Shown here one piece after another: positions 1-9,120 of a stretch of 33,498 bases of DNA. How positions within the stretch are numbered: position 1 is the first letter of the stretch; every line of letters begins with the position of its first letter. Made by a program: the position numbers and the translations under genes. The stretch covers positions 1 through 33,498 of the forward strand of contig JAEXSY010000067.1 in NCBI GenBank assembly GCA_023440105.1. Direction: 5' to 3'. The stretch comes from Bacillota bacterium. GTDB lineage: Bacteria; Bacillota; Clostridia; Clostridiales; Clostridiaceae. The notes under the pieces are model-generated. The model searched no databases. It was not told the DNA's origin and saw only the letters and a program-made list of their open reading frames with translations.

Positions 1-934
1 AAACCTTTCTTCTAGGAAATCCTCTATAATCATCAGTATAGAATACCTCAAAACCATTGGTAGTAAATATTAGTGGTCTCTGATGATATTGATTATGAAG
101 ACAGTCAGCATAAAGCTTAGCCTGCTGAGAGCCAGCTAAGGGATCTACACTGGTTTTCTTAGCTTCTACTACAGCTAAAGGCTTTCCATTATCGCCATAA
201 AGAACATAATCAACATAACCAATACCAGTGGGGTTTGGCATCCCTTGCACAGGAACCTCTTCTAAACAATCTCTACCTATACTCCACCCTGCTAGTTTTA
301 ACTCAATATCGATATATTTCTTTCTGGTTTTTGCTTCTGATATTTTATCAACAGAAAAGCTTCTCTCTTCAGCATGAACAAGCCTAGCAGCAGTCATGGT
401 CTCTCTAAGCTCTTCATTCTCTTTTCTAAGCTCTTCTAGCTTTTTATCCTTAGAGCTGAGCCTATCATAGAGGTCTCTAAGCTCTTCTGGTCTCTTTCTC
501 TGCTCTTCACTTTCATAAAGGATAGCTTCATCAAAATCTGCCTCTGCATAATCAGCAGAATAACAATAATCAATCCATTTTGAAAACTGAAATAGATTCC
601 TTAAAGAAAGTACAGCGTCATCCCTAGTTATAACAGCATTGGTATGTACTGCTGTATTACCCAGCTTAATAATATATTTAAGCATAGGAAATAACTCTGG
701 CTCTATGATATTCCTAAAAGTAGGCTCGTGAATAAGGCTTGAGATATTATCCTGATAAGGCAGCGTCAGCTCATTATCAAAGGAATAAACCCATTTAACC
801 GCAAGCTCTAAAGCCCTTCTAGTAACAATAGCACAGGTGGCCGAGGATACTATAAGACTCTTCTCCGCCTCCACCGCACTATCTGCAAAGGCAGTATACT
901 GGCTATTCTGTTTTAAGAAATCAAAGTTACTCAT
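1..934 (-). CDS. hsdR: Type I restriction endonuclease subunit R, N-terminal part (runs off the left edge)
   Basis: Not in the ORF track. Manual translation from ATG at 934 (GAGGTGG RBS upstream) gives MSNFDFLKQ...RRALELAVKW...GNTAVH (DUF4145-like), a coiled coil, then the nuclease motifs GYVDYVLYGDNGKPLAVVEAKK and QQAKLYADCL...IFTTNG. Frame is open to the edge and lies downstream of hsdM-hsdS. Confidence 0.95.
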   Translation of the reverse strand, partial: MSNFDFLKQNSQYTAFADSAVEAEKSLIVSSATCAIVTRRALELAVKWVYSFDNELTLPYQDNISSLIHEPTFRNIIEPELFPMLKYIIKLGNTAVHTNAVITRDDAVLSLRNLFQFSKWIDYCYSADYAEADFDEAILYESEEQRKRPEELRDLYDRLSSKDKKLEELRKENEELRETMTAARLVHAEERSFSVDKISEAKTRKKYIDIELKLAGWSIGRDCLEEVPVQGMPNPTGIGYVDYVLYGDNGKPLAVVEAKKTSVDPLAGSQQAKLYADCLHNQYHQRPLIFTTNGFEVFYTDDYRGFPRRKV

Positions 935-992
935 ATAACCACCTCAATATGATATAGTTTTTTTCTAGGCTGTCATTTTTACTGAGAATTAC

Positions 993-2162
993 CTAACCAA
1001 AATATTTTTGTAGTAATGATTTGTAGAGAGTTTCCATTTCTTCAAGGCTCTTTTTCATTGCAAGTTTCGATTTGTCGATCTGTTCAGCAAAAATGGCAAA
1101 CTGTTTCTGAAGCTCAATCGGCGGCACTATAATAAGGGTTTTTTTTATCTCCCCTAAATGAAGATTTGGAACACCTATACCTTTTAGGCTAGAGTGGAAT
1201 TGTCTCTTGGTTTCTGCTGAATTGACTGCAGCCCACAGATAAATAGGTTCAATCTCGACTGGCCTCAAAATAGCTAAGCTTACATAAATATCAAAAATCT
1301 CATCTCGGTCTACTATTGCTGCCACTCCAGTTGTACCGTTTTTTGCCAAAAGAATGTCTCCACGTCTAGGAGCGATACGCGCATATAACTCTTTATGAAG
1401 TGATTCTGGAATATATTTTATATGATTCCAGTCAATTTTCCCAGTAGTCACATCCTTCGAAGACAAAAACTTATACCCACTTACTGTATCGTCAGTATAC
1501 TCAGGAGTTTTATGAGTACCATCTTTAATTTGTTCACAAACCTGCTGCAAGCTCTTAATTTCATATCCATGTTTATTATCATATATAGTTCCAAACATCT
1601 CGATAAATTGGGATTTAATTAATTCATCACAGGCCAGTATCATCTCTTTTTGTTTGTTTATTATTAATTGAGATTTATCGAGTAAATCCGCAATATGTTT
1701 CTGTGTTTTTTTATCTCTAATAGGCACCTCAAAGTTTCTAATATTCCTTAAAGATAAAAACTTTTGAGTCCCACCTCTATTTTCTCTATCTACAAACTTC
1801 TTAAAAGTATCACTTTCTAGCAAATATTTAACATACCTATTTTCTACAATACTATCTTCGTAAAACTTAATAAGCGCAACATTTTTTATAGCAAAATCAA
1901 AGTTTTTCTCCACAAGCGCTGGCTTTCCTATTGTACCGATCATAGGCATTATTATATCGCCATCGTCAACATAAGAACGTTGATTTATCTTATTATAATC
2001 ATCCTCAGAAATGTAATTTATATTTGTAATATCTATTTTTCCATTAACTATATTTTTCGAAGTAACAAGAGGATACCCATTATTAACATATTTTGGTGAA
2101 TCATGTGTTCCATCTCTAACATCACATACTTCCCCCAACTTAGCATAATTTTCTCTCTTCAT
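993..2162 (-). CDS. hsdS: Type I R-M specificity subunit S
   Basis: 389 aa with two TRD-like halves (KLGEVC...GDII; SLQQVC...GDILL), each followed by a helical spacer (VPPIELQKQFA...LYKSLLQKYFG). Sits between hsdM and hsdR. Confidence 0.95.
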   Translation of the reverse strand: MKRENYAKLGEVCDVRDGTHDSPKYVNNGYPLVTSKNIVNGKIDITNINYISEDDYNKINQRSYVDDGDIIMPMIGTIGKPALVEKNFDFAIKNVALIKFYEDSIVENRYVKYLLESDTFKKFVDRENRGGTQKFLSLRNIRNFEVPIRDKKTQKHIADLLDKSQLIINKQKEMILACDELIKSQFIEMFGTIYDNKHGYEIKSLQQVCEQIKDGTHKTPEYTDDTVSGYKFLSSKDVTTGKIDWNHIKYIPESLHKELYARIAPRRGDILLAKNGTTGVAAIVDRDEIFDIYVSLAILRPVEIEPIYLWAAVNSAETKRQFHSSLKGIGVPNLHLGEIKKTLIIVPPIELQKQFAIFAEQIDKSKLAMKKSLEEMETLYKSLLQKYFG

Positions 2163-2163
2163 A

Positions 2164-3621
2164 CTATCCCTCCAACATCTTCTCTAGCTCTCGAATTCCC
2201 TTACTTATCTCTTCTTCTAAATTCTTTATCTTTGAGATAATCTCTGCTGGAGAATCATATTGAATAGCTTCATATATTGTTTCCTTATACTTATTAATTG
2301 AAAGATCGTAACTATTCTCTCTTATTTCATCCACAGGTACAAAGAAGCTTTGCTCTGTCTTTTGTCTATTTTCTTCATTTTCAAGATTACTAAATCTACT
2401 TATGATATCAGGAATATCATTTGCTTCTATAGGCTGTCTCTTATCATCTAAGCTATAGCCATCTGCCTTCATATCGTAGAACCAAACCTTATCTGTTCCA
2501 CCAGAGCCTGTTTTGGTAAATATAATTATTGCTGTTGAGACTCCTGCATAGGGCTTGAATACACCACTAGGCATGGATATTATTGCTTCTAGCTTATTAT
2601 TATCTACGATTTCTTTTCGAATTTGCTTGTGAGCGTTACTACTTCCAAATAGAACACCATCGGGAACTATTGTAGCACTTCTTCCCCCTAGCTTTAGAAT
2701 CCTTAAATTTAATGCTAAGAATAAAAGCTCAGTCTTCTTTGTTTTTGTAACCTTTAATAAATCATTAGACACTGCTTCATAATCTAAGCTTCCCTTAAAA
2801 GGAGGATTTGCTAATACTAGAGTATATTTCTCATTATCAGTATTTAGCTCTGATAAACTATCGGTATACTTTATATTAGGGTTATCAACACCATGGAGAA
2901 GCATATTCATGGCTCCAATACGAAGCATGGTGCTGTCCATGTCATAGCCCGTGAACATATCATTGGTAAAATGGTTTCTAAGCCCAGCATTTAAGAATAA
3001 ATCGCCATGATTCTCTCTCAAATATTCTTGAGCAGCCACTAAGAAGCCCGCTGAGCCCATTGCTGGATCTATTATAAAATCGCTAGGAGTTGGCTTCATA
3101 AGCTCTACCATCATCTTGATTATGTGTCTAGGAGTTCTAAACTGTCCATTTGTTCCAGAGGTAGCTACCTTTGATAATAGGTATTCGTAAAGGTCACCCT
3201 TGCTATCCTTATCCTGTAGATCAAGCTTATCAATTCCGTCAACTATTTTTGAAAGCATGGAAGGAGTAGGTATCTTAAATATTGCATCTCCCATATATCT
3301 AGCATAAGCAGATTCGCCATTCTCATTTAGATTTTTTATAAAAGGAAAAGCTTCTTGCTGAACTATATTGTACATTTGAGAAGCCTCTAAATTTTTAAAG
3401 TTGCTCCATCTTAAATATTGCCTATCCTTAGGAAAAACTCCCTGATAGTCTAAGCCTAAAAATACTGCTTCGCTTTCTTTAGTAGTTTCAACATCATCTA
3501 ACTGTTTCATAAATATTAAATAGGTAAACTGTTCTATTACTTCTAAAGGATTTGATATTCCACCAGTCCAGAATATCTCCCATATTTTATCTATCTTATT
3601 TCGTATTTCCCCTGTTATCAT
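2164..3621 (-). CDS. hsdM: Type I R-M N6-adenine methyltransferase subunit M
   Basis: GQFRTPRHII, motif I DPAMGSAGFL, motif IV LANPPF, IVPDGVLFG; GGAGG RBS upstream. Confidence 0.97.
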   Translation of the reverse strand: MITGEIRNKIDKIWEIFWTGGISNPLEVIEQFTYLIFMKQLDDVETTKESEAVFLGLDYQGVFPKDRQYLRWSNFKNLEASQMYNIVQQEAFPFIKNLNENGESAYARYMGDAIFKIPTPSMLSKIVDGIDKLDLQDKDSKGDLYEYLLSKVATSGTNGQFRTPRHIIKMMVELMKPTPSDFIIDPAMGSAGFLVAAQEYLRENHGDLFLNAGLRNHFTNDMFTGYDMDSTMLRIGAMNMLLHGVDNPNIKYTDSLSELNTDNEKYTLVLANPPFKGSLDYEAVSNDLLKVTKTKKTELLFLALNLRILKLGGRSATIVPDGVLFGSSNAHKQIRKEIVDNNKLEAIISMPSGVFKPYAGVSTAIIIFTKTGSGGTDKVWFYDMKADGYSLDDKRQPIEANDIPDIISRFSNLENEENRQKTEQSFFVPVDEIRENSYDLSINKYKETIYEAIQYDSPAEIISKIKNLEEEISKGIRELEKMLEG

Positions 3622-3705
3622 TTTATCCTCCTACATATAACAAATTCTATTCTTAACTTAACACCTTATTTTAATATTATTTAAAAAATCATATCCACAT
3701 TTACA

Positions 3706-3734
3706 ATTATATTACATTAGCTTTTAAAGAACAA
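3706..3734 (-). promoter_or_regulatory. Candidate sigmaA promoter of hsdMSR
   Basis: TTGTTC-N17-TATAAT on the minus strand. AT-rich context lowers specificity. Confidence 0.45.
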
Positions 3735-3784
3735 ATTTTAGTTAATGGAAAAAAACATGTCCGTAGTTTCATATCTCTCAATTA

Positions 3785-3793
3785 TGGTATACT
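3785..3793 (+). promoter_or_regulatory. Candidate extended -10 promoter of the two-component operon
   Basis: TG-G-TATACT about 45 nt upstream of the ATG at 3836. Confidence 0.45.
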
Positions 3794-3835
3794 TAATTTA
3801 ACTTTTCATCCAGTTAATGCAAAGGAAGTGAATCC

Positions 3836-4504
3836 ATGTCAAAAATTATCATTATAGAGGATACGGAAACCATAAGGGAAGAGCTTAAGACCTTTCTCAC
3901 TAGGTATGGTTATGAAGCTTTAGCTCCAACGGAGTTTGAGAATATAATTGAATATATCTTAAGGGAAGAAGCAGATTTAATACTCCTTGATATCAATTTG
4001 CCTGTTTTTGATGGCTATCATATATGCAGAGAGATAAGAAAGATCTCCGATGTGCCTATAATAGTGGTCACCAGCAGGGATAGTGAAATGGATGAACTTA
4101 TGAGCATGAATTTGGGGGCTGATGATTTTATTACAAAGCCCTATAATACACAAATCCTTTTGGCCAGGATTACTTCTCTACTAAGGAGAACTCAAGGAGC
4201 TAACCTCCAGGATATAATCACCTACAATGATCTAAAGCTTAATTTGTCCAATGGTTCTATTAGTTATAACGGCAATACTGCAGAGCTGACGAAAAATGAA
4301 CTAAAAATACTTTCCTGTCTTATTAAGAGTAAAGGAAAAATAGTATCAAGGGATGATTTGATGGATTTTATGTGGAGCTCGGATATATTTGTAGATGATA
4401 ATAATCTATCCGTTAATGTTACAAGGCTAAGAAAAAAGCTTGAAGAGGTGGGCATGAAGGAAAGCATAGAAACAAGGCGTGGCCTTGGGTATATACTGCC
4501 ATGA
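3836..4504 (+). CDS. OmpR-family response regulator, BceR/GraR-like
   Basis: Receiver domain (IIEDT, LLDINLP, GADDFITKP) plus winged helix (LTKNE...VNVTRLRKKL...TRRGLGY); adjacent to a BceS-like kinase and a BceAB-like ABC transporter. Confidence 0.93.
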   Translation: MSKIIIIEDTETIREELKTFLTRYGYEALAPTEFENIIEYILREEADLILLDINLPVFDGYHICREIRKISDVPIIVVTSRDSEMDELMSMNLGADDFITKPYNTQILLARITSLLRRTQGANLQDIITYNDLKLNLSNGSISYNGNTAELTKNELKILSCLIKSKGKIVSRDDLMDFMWSSDIFVDDNNLSVNVTRLRKKLEEVGMKESIETRRGLGYILP

Positions 4505-5514
4505 GGATAATAGATTATCTAAAGGACAGAGTCCTATTCCTTCTGATTAACTTCATATTATTTATAATTATAAGTGGTATTATGCTGCTTATAGGACTGG
4601 AACCCCCTGCAATAATCATTATTTTCTTAACCTGGTTTCTTCCTCTTCTCTTTTATATTATTTCAGAGTTCATCAAGGAGAAAAGGTTCTATGATGAGAT
4701 AAACAGCATAATGGAAAGCCTGGACAAAAAATATATTCTATCTGAGGTTATTAAGGAGCCAGAGTTTATTGAAGTAAAGCTTCTTTATGAGCTGCTAAGA
4801 CAAGCAAACAAAGAAATGCATGAGCATGTAAAGAAATATAGGGATATGGAAATAGAATATAGGGAATACATAGAGACCTGGGTCCATGAAATCAAGACTC
4901 CCATTGCCTCCACAAGGCTTATTATAGAAAACAATGAAAATGAGGTTACTAAGAATATCAATTATGAAATAAAGAAGATTGAAGAATACATCGAGCAGGT
5001 ACTATATTACTCAAGAAGCAATAATGTAAGCAAGGATTACATCATTAGAGAAATAGATTTGGGTGAGTATATTAGAACTGTAGTAAAGAAGAATTCCAGA
5101 GACTTTATTAACAAAAGAATATCCATCCAGTTAGAAGATACAGAGGGCACTGTATATAGTGATGGCAAGTGGCTTGCCTTCATATTGAATCAGATAATAG
5201 GAAATGCCCTTAAGTACTCCAAGGGAAAAGATGGATGGGTAAAAATATATACGGAAAGAAATGAAAATAACATAGTCCTTACCATAGAAGACAATGGCAT
5301 AGGCATCACAGACAGGGATATAAATAGAGTTTTTGAAAAAGGCTTTACGGGAGAGAACGGAAGAAAGCTTGGCAAATCTACTGGTATTGGGCTTTATCTC
5401 TGCAAGAAGCTCTGCGATCAGCTTGGCTTAGGCCTTAAGCTCAGCTCTCAAGAGGGACAAGGTACTAAGGTGAGTATTACCTTCCCCTTAAGCAAAATAA
5501 ACCTAATGAAATAA
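4501..5514 (+). CDS. Intramembrane-sensing histidine kinase, BceS/GraS-like
   Basis: Two N-terminal TM segments with almost no external loop; H-box WVHEIKTP, NALKYS, EDNGIG, FEKGFTG, STGIGLY; ATGA overlap with the regulator gene. Confidence 0.93.
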   Translation: MRIIDYLKDRVLFLLINFILFIIISGIMLLIGLEPPAIIIIFLTWFLPLLFYIISEFIKEKRFYDEINSIMESLDKKYILSEVIKEPEFIEVKLLYELLRQANKEMHEHVKKYRDMEIEYREYIETWVHEIKTPIASTRLIIENNENEVTKNINYEIKKIEEYIEQVLYYSRSNNVSKDYIIREIDLGEYIRTVVKKNSRDFINKRISIQLEDTEGTVYSDGKWLAFILNQIIGNALKYSKGKDGWVKIYTERNENNIVLTIEDNGIGITDRDINRVFEKGFTGENGRKLGKSTGIGLYLCKKLCDQLGLGLKLSSQEGQGTKVSITFPLSKINLMK

Positions 5515-5520
5515 CATTAT

Positions 5521-5575
5521 AATTATGGGTTCACAGCTAGTGCATGAAGCATAGTCTTGTGAGCCCATAATTTTT
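5521..5575 (+). terminator. Intrinsic terminator after the kinase gene
   Basis: Arms AATTATGGGTTCACA (5521-5535) and TGTGAGCCCATAATT (5558-5572), one G-U pair, followed by a T run. Confidence 0.75.
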
Positions 5576-5597
5576 CCTCCTAAAAAAATATCTATTC

Positions 5598-5611
5598 TTT
5601 CAAAATTGTAA
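5598..5611 (+). promoter_or_regulatory. Putative BceR-type regulator binding site
   Basis: TTTCA-aaat-TGTAA, one mismatch from the TNACA-N4-TGTAA motif described for BceR-like regulators, upstream of the transporter operon. Confidence 0.6.
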
Positions 5612-5703
5612 CCTTAATGAAATAGAAACTGATATGTACTTATGGTAAATCAAGGTATTATATACACATAGACAAGGAACAAAAAATTCTAGGAGGGATG
5701 AAA

Positions 5704-5799
5704 ATGAAAAAAATATTAGTTCCAGCAGCGGTAGTGGTTTTAGTGCTGGTGAATGTAACCTTAATAAAATTAAAGCTCATAGGCACTCATAGTGCATAA
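5704..5799 (+). pseudogene. Truncated paralog (31 aa ORF) of the 5842 gene
   Basis: MKKILVPAAVVVLVLV-NVTLIKLKLIGTHSA*. The first 16 codons and the leader (atagacaa...aaaattctaggagg) match those of 5842 (MKKLIIPAIIVILVLV; atagacaa...aaaattctgggagg). Confidence 0.75.
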
Positions 5800-5841
5800 C
5801 ATTAAAATAGACAAACAATAAAAATTCTGGGAGGAATAAAA

Positions 5842-6258
5842 ATGAAAAAATTAATAATACCTGCAATTATAGTGATTTTAGTGTTAGTAGGAGCTAATGC
5901 TGCTTATAAATATTTCTTCGGTCCAAAGATTGTAGATGGAGCCGTATCAAGAAGCATCGACAAGAATGGAAAGCCTGTAGACGAAACTAAAGTATTTGCA
6001 CCAGAGGATGAGATTTACTTCTCTGCAAGAGGTAAGAGGCTGTTAGTTAAGGAAGGCACCGTTGTATGGTACAAGGGCGAAGCAAAAAGACCAAACCGCT
6101 TCAAGGTTCAGGAGGATGTAAAAATGAACAGCTCCAGATATTTCTCTGCTAAGCTATCTGAGCCAGAGGGCCTTGAAGAAGGACTATATTCAGTAGTTAT
6201 CTATGCCGATAACAGCGATTATATACAAGTTGAACTGCAGTTTGAAGTAAAGAAATAA
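5842..6258 (+). CDS. Hypothetical membrane-anchored or secreted protein in the BceAB-like operon
   Basis: 138 aa, GGAGG RBS, N-terminal MKK plus hydrophobic stretch, no lipobox Cys; ends 14 nt before the ATPase gene. Confidence 0.8.
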   Translation: MKKLIIPAIIVILVLVGANAAYKYFFGPKIVDGAVSRSIDKNGKPVDETKVFAPEDEIYFSARGKRLLVKEGTVVWYKGEAKRPNRFKVQEDVKMNSSRYFSAKLSEPEGLEEGLYSVVIYADNSDYIQVELQFEVKK

Positions 6259-6272
6259 CTAACCTGGGAGGA

Positions 6273-7046
6273 ATGGAAATGGAAAATATACTAAGGGTAG
6301 AAAAAATAGAGAAGTACTACGGAAATAAGGGAAATGTAACCAAGGCCATAGATAATATAAGCTTCAGGCTGGATAAGGGAGAATTTGTAGGAATTATGGG
6401 TCCCTCCGGTAGCGGTAAAACAACCTTACTTAACTGCATTTCCACCATTGATACTGTCACCACAGGGCATATCATCATAAATAATAAGGATATCACGGCC
6501 CTTAAAGCAAAGAATCTAGAGAAGTTTCGCCGGGATGAGCTGGGCTTTATCTTTCAGGACTTTAACCTTCTAGATACCCTCACAGCTTAAGAGAATATAG
6601 CCTTAGCTCTTACAATACAAAATAAAAAGCCTGGTGAGATAGATACCCTCATTAAAGAAGCTGCTGAAAAGCTTGAAATCAGTGATGTATTAAAGAAATA
6701 CCCCTATCAGATGTCCGGAGGGCAGAAGCAGAGGGTAGCTTCTGCTAGGGCTCTGGTAACCAAGCCTTCTCTGATATTAGCAGATGAGCCTACAGGAGCC
6801 TTAGATTCAAAATCCTCAAGACTACTACTAGACTCCTTTGAAAAGCTCAATAAGGAATTACAGGCTACAATCCTAATGGTAACCCATGATGCCTTTACTG
6901 CAAGCTATGCCCATAGAATCCTATTCATAAAGGACGGAAGAATCTTCAATGAGCTTGTGAGAGGACAGGATACTAGAAAGGAATTTTTCAACAAAATAAT
7001 TGAAGTTGTAACTCTACTAGGAGGCGATGCTGGAGATGTTTTCTAA
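6273..7046 (+). pseudogene. BceA-like ABC ATPase interrupted by an in-frame TAA at 6588-6590
   Basis: ORFs 6273-6590 and 6711-7046 share one frame; reading through gives FNLLDTLTA*ENIALALTIQ...KKYPYQMSGGQKQR. Walker A GPSGSGKTT, Walker B ILADEPTG and the H-loop are intact. Confidence 0.9.
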
Positions 7047-9063
7047 AATAGCCATAAACAATGTGAAGAGAAGCTTTAAGGATTATACCATATACTTTTT
7101 GACACTGACCTTTGCCGTATGTATATTTTACAGTTTTAATTCTATTGAAGCACAGAAGGCAATCCTTGAAATAAATAAAAGCACTGCAAGCTATGTTACA
7201 ATGTTAAACAACTTTATAGCAGGAGCCTCGGTATTTGTATCCTTTATATTAGGTGGACTAATAATTTATGCAAATAACTTCTTAATCAAAAAACGTAAAA
7301 AGGAAATGGGCATATACCTAACCTTAGGCATGTCAAAGGGCAGGATTTCAAGAATATTAATCCTAGAAACCCTTATAATCGCCCTCATGTCATTAGTAGT
7401 TGGATTAGCCTTAGGAGTTATTGTATCTCAAGGACTTTCAGTAATCACCGCAAGACTCTTAGTGGTTGACATGACAGGCTATAAGTTCATTATATCCTTT
7501 GAAGCGATAATTAAAACTGCCTTATACTTTGGAATAATCTTTCTTCTAGTGATGACCTTTAACCAGTTTACTATTTCAAAATATAAGCTGATAGATCTCA
7601 TCAGTGCTGCAAAGAAAAATGAAAGAGTAAGACTTAAAAATACCTTTGCTTCTGTAGTACTTTTTCTTATATCTATTGGAATGCTAGTAGCAGCCTACAT
7701 TATAATTCTTAGTGCTGGGATTAATACCGATGATTTAATGATTTTAGTCTCTATAGCCTTAGGAACTTTTGGTACTTTATTATTCTTTTTCAGTCTCTCC
7801 AGCTTCTTCATCCAGGCTGTACAGAAAAATAAAAAGCTATACTTAAAAAATCTAAATCTCTTTGTGTTAAGACAGATAAACAACAAGATAACTACTAATT
7901 TTGTATCCATGACGGTAATATGTCTTATGCTTTTCTTAACCATTACACTTTTAGTTACCATGTTTGGTTTTAAGGGTACTCTTGATAAATCTCTAGAGGG
8001 AAACCTCCCCTTTGATGCTTCTGCTAGGCTTCATATCACCAGTGAGGAACAAAAGGTAAAGGATATGGAGGAGTATTTAGATAAAATAGACTTTAAGCTA
8101 GAAGATAATGAAGACCACGTATTTTACAACGAATATCAAATCAATGCTGTCTTAGATGATTTAATTAATAAATATTTAAATGAGAAGGAAAAAAAGACCT
8201 TTGAGGATCAATATACAGATTATCCTCTCAAAGCTATTAAGCTATCGGATTATAATTCAATAATAGAGCTCAAAGGACAGGCACCTGTAGCGTTGGAAGC
8301 TGATGAGCTTTTAGTAGTATCTAACTATGATGAAGTAAACATAAACTATGAGAAGCTTCTAAAAAAAGGCAACAACCTAGAGATAGACGGAAAGGTTTAT
8401 ACCATAAAAAATGATGACCCTATAAAAGAAAATATAGCCACTATCAGACCTTCTGACTCCTACTTCTTATACTTCATAGTTCCTGATAGCTTCCAGGGAG
8501 AGCTAATCCCAGCAACATCAAACATTAATGTAGTGTTTGATGATAGCACCAAGGATGAATCAGAAGAGAAATTCTCCACCCTATTTACAAGACTAGCAGA
8601 TGATGTAGATTTGGAAGGCGATCTAACTCCTGTAACAGGGTTTACTGCAGAACAGACTAAGGCAGCAATTTATGGTTCCTCTGCAATCCTTGTATTCGTA
8701 GGAATCTATCTAGGCATAGTGTTCCTCATATCCAGTGCCGCGGTACTAGCCATTCAGCAATTATCAGAAGCTAGTGATAGTCTTCCTAGATATGGTGTCC
8801 TTAAGAAAATAGGTACTCCAGAAAGAATGATTAATAAGTCAATTCTTGTGCAGAATCTTATATACTTTATGATACCTCTGGCCTTGGCCATTATTCACTC
8901 TATAGTTGGTATAAGGGTAGGAAGCGAGCTTTTTGTAGCCTCAAAGGACAGTGGCTTTGTAGGCTCTACTCTAATGATAGTCTCAGCACTGGTTATAATC
9001 TACGGCGGATACTTTTATACAACCTATGTAGGCTTTAAGAATATAGTGAAAAGCAGCAACTAA
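7036..9063 (+). CDS. BceB-like (FtsX-family) ABC permease
   Basis: Multi-TM protein with IYANNFLIKKRKKEMGIYLTLG, a large extracellular domain and LKKIG near the C-terminus. Start is ATG 7036 or 7027. Confidence 0.92.
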   Translation: MFSKIAINNVKRSFKDYTIYFLTLTFAVCIFYSFNSIEAQKAILEINKSTASYVTMLNNFIAGASVFVSFILGGLIIYANNFLIKKRKKEMGIYLTLGMSKGRISRILILETLIIALMSLVVGLALGVIVSQGLSVITARLLVVDMTGYKFIISFEAIIKTALYFGIIFLLVMTFNQFTISKYKLIDLISAAKKNERVRLKNTFASVVLFLISIGMLVAAYIIILSAGINTDDLMILVSIALGTFGTLLFFFSLSSFFIQAVQKNKKLYLKNLNLFVLRQINNKITTNFVSMTVICLMLFLTITLLVTMFGFKGTLDKSLEGNLPFDASARLHITSEEQKVKDMEEYLDKIDFKLEDNEDHVFYNEYQINAVLDDLINKYLNEKEKKTFEDQYTDYPLKAIKLSDYNSIIELKGQAPVALEADELLVVSNYDEVNINYEKLLKKGNNLEIDGKVYTIKNDDPIKENIATIRPSDSYFLYFIVPDSFQGELIPATSNINVVFDDSTKDESEEKFSTLFTRLADDVDLEGDLTPVTGFTAEQTKAAIYGSSAILVFVGIYLGIVFLISSAAVLAIQQLSEASDSLPRYGVLKKIGTPERMINKSILVQNLIYFMIPLALAIIHSIVGIRVGSELFVASKDSGFVGSTLMIVSALVIIYGGYFYTTYVGFKNIVKSSN

Positions 9064-9068
9064 TTTAA

Positions 9069-9103
9069 AATAGTCCCCATCTGTTTATTAGATGGGGACT
9101 ATT
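9069..9103. terminator. Probable bidirectional terminator between convergent genes
   Basis: Perfect 14-bp arms AATAGTCCCCATCT / AGATGGGGACTATT. Confidence 0.85.
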
Positions 9104-9120
9104 GATTATATTCTACACTA

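Noticed and set aside
395..515. Repeated AAGCTCTTC-like words in hsdR
   Set aside because: They encode recurring EELR units of a coiled coil, not a DNA-level repeat.
935..3700. Phase-variable (invertible) hsdS system
   Set aside because: One hsdS only; no recombinase, silent TRD or long inverted repeats visible. Sequence beyond hsdR is outside the window.
6588..6590. Stop-codon reassignment or programmed readthrough to explain internal stops
   Set aside because: TAA, TAG and TGA all end normal genes here, and the internal stops replace different residues.
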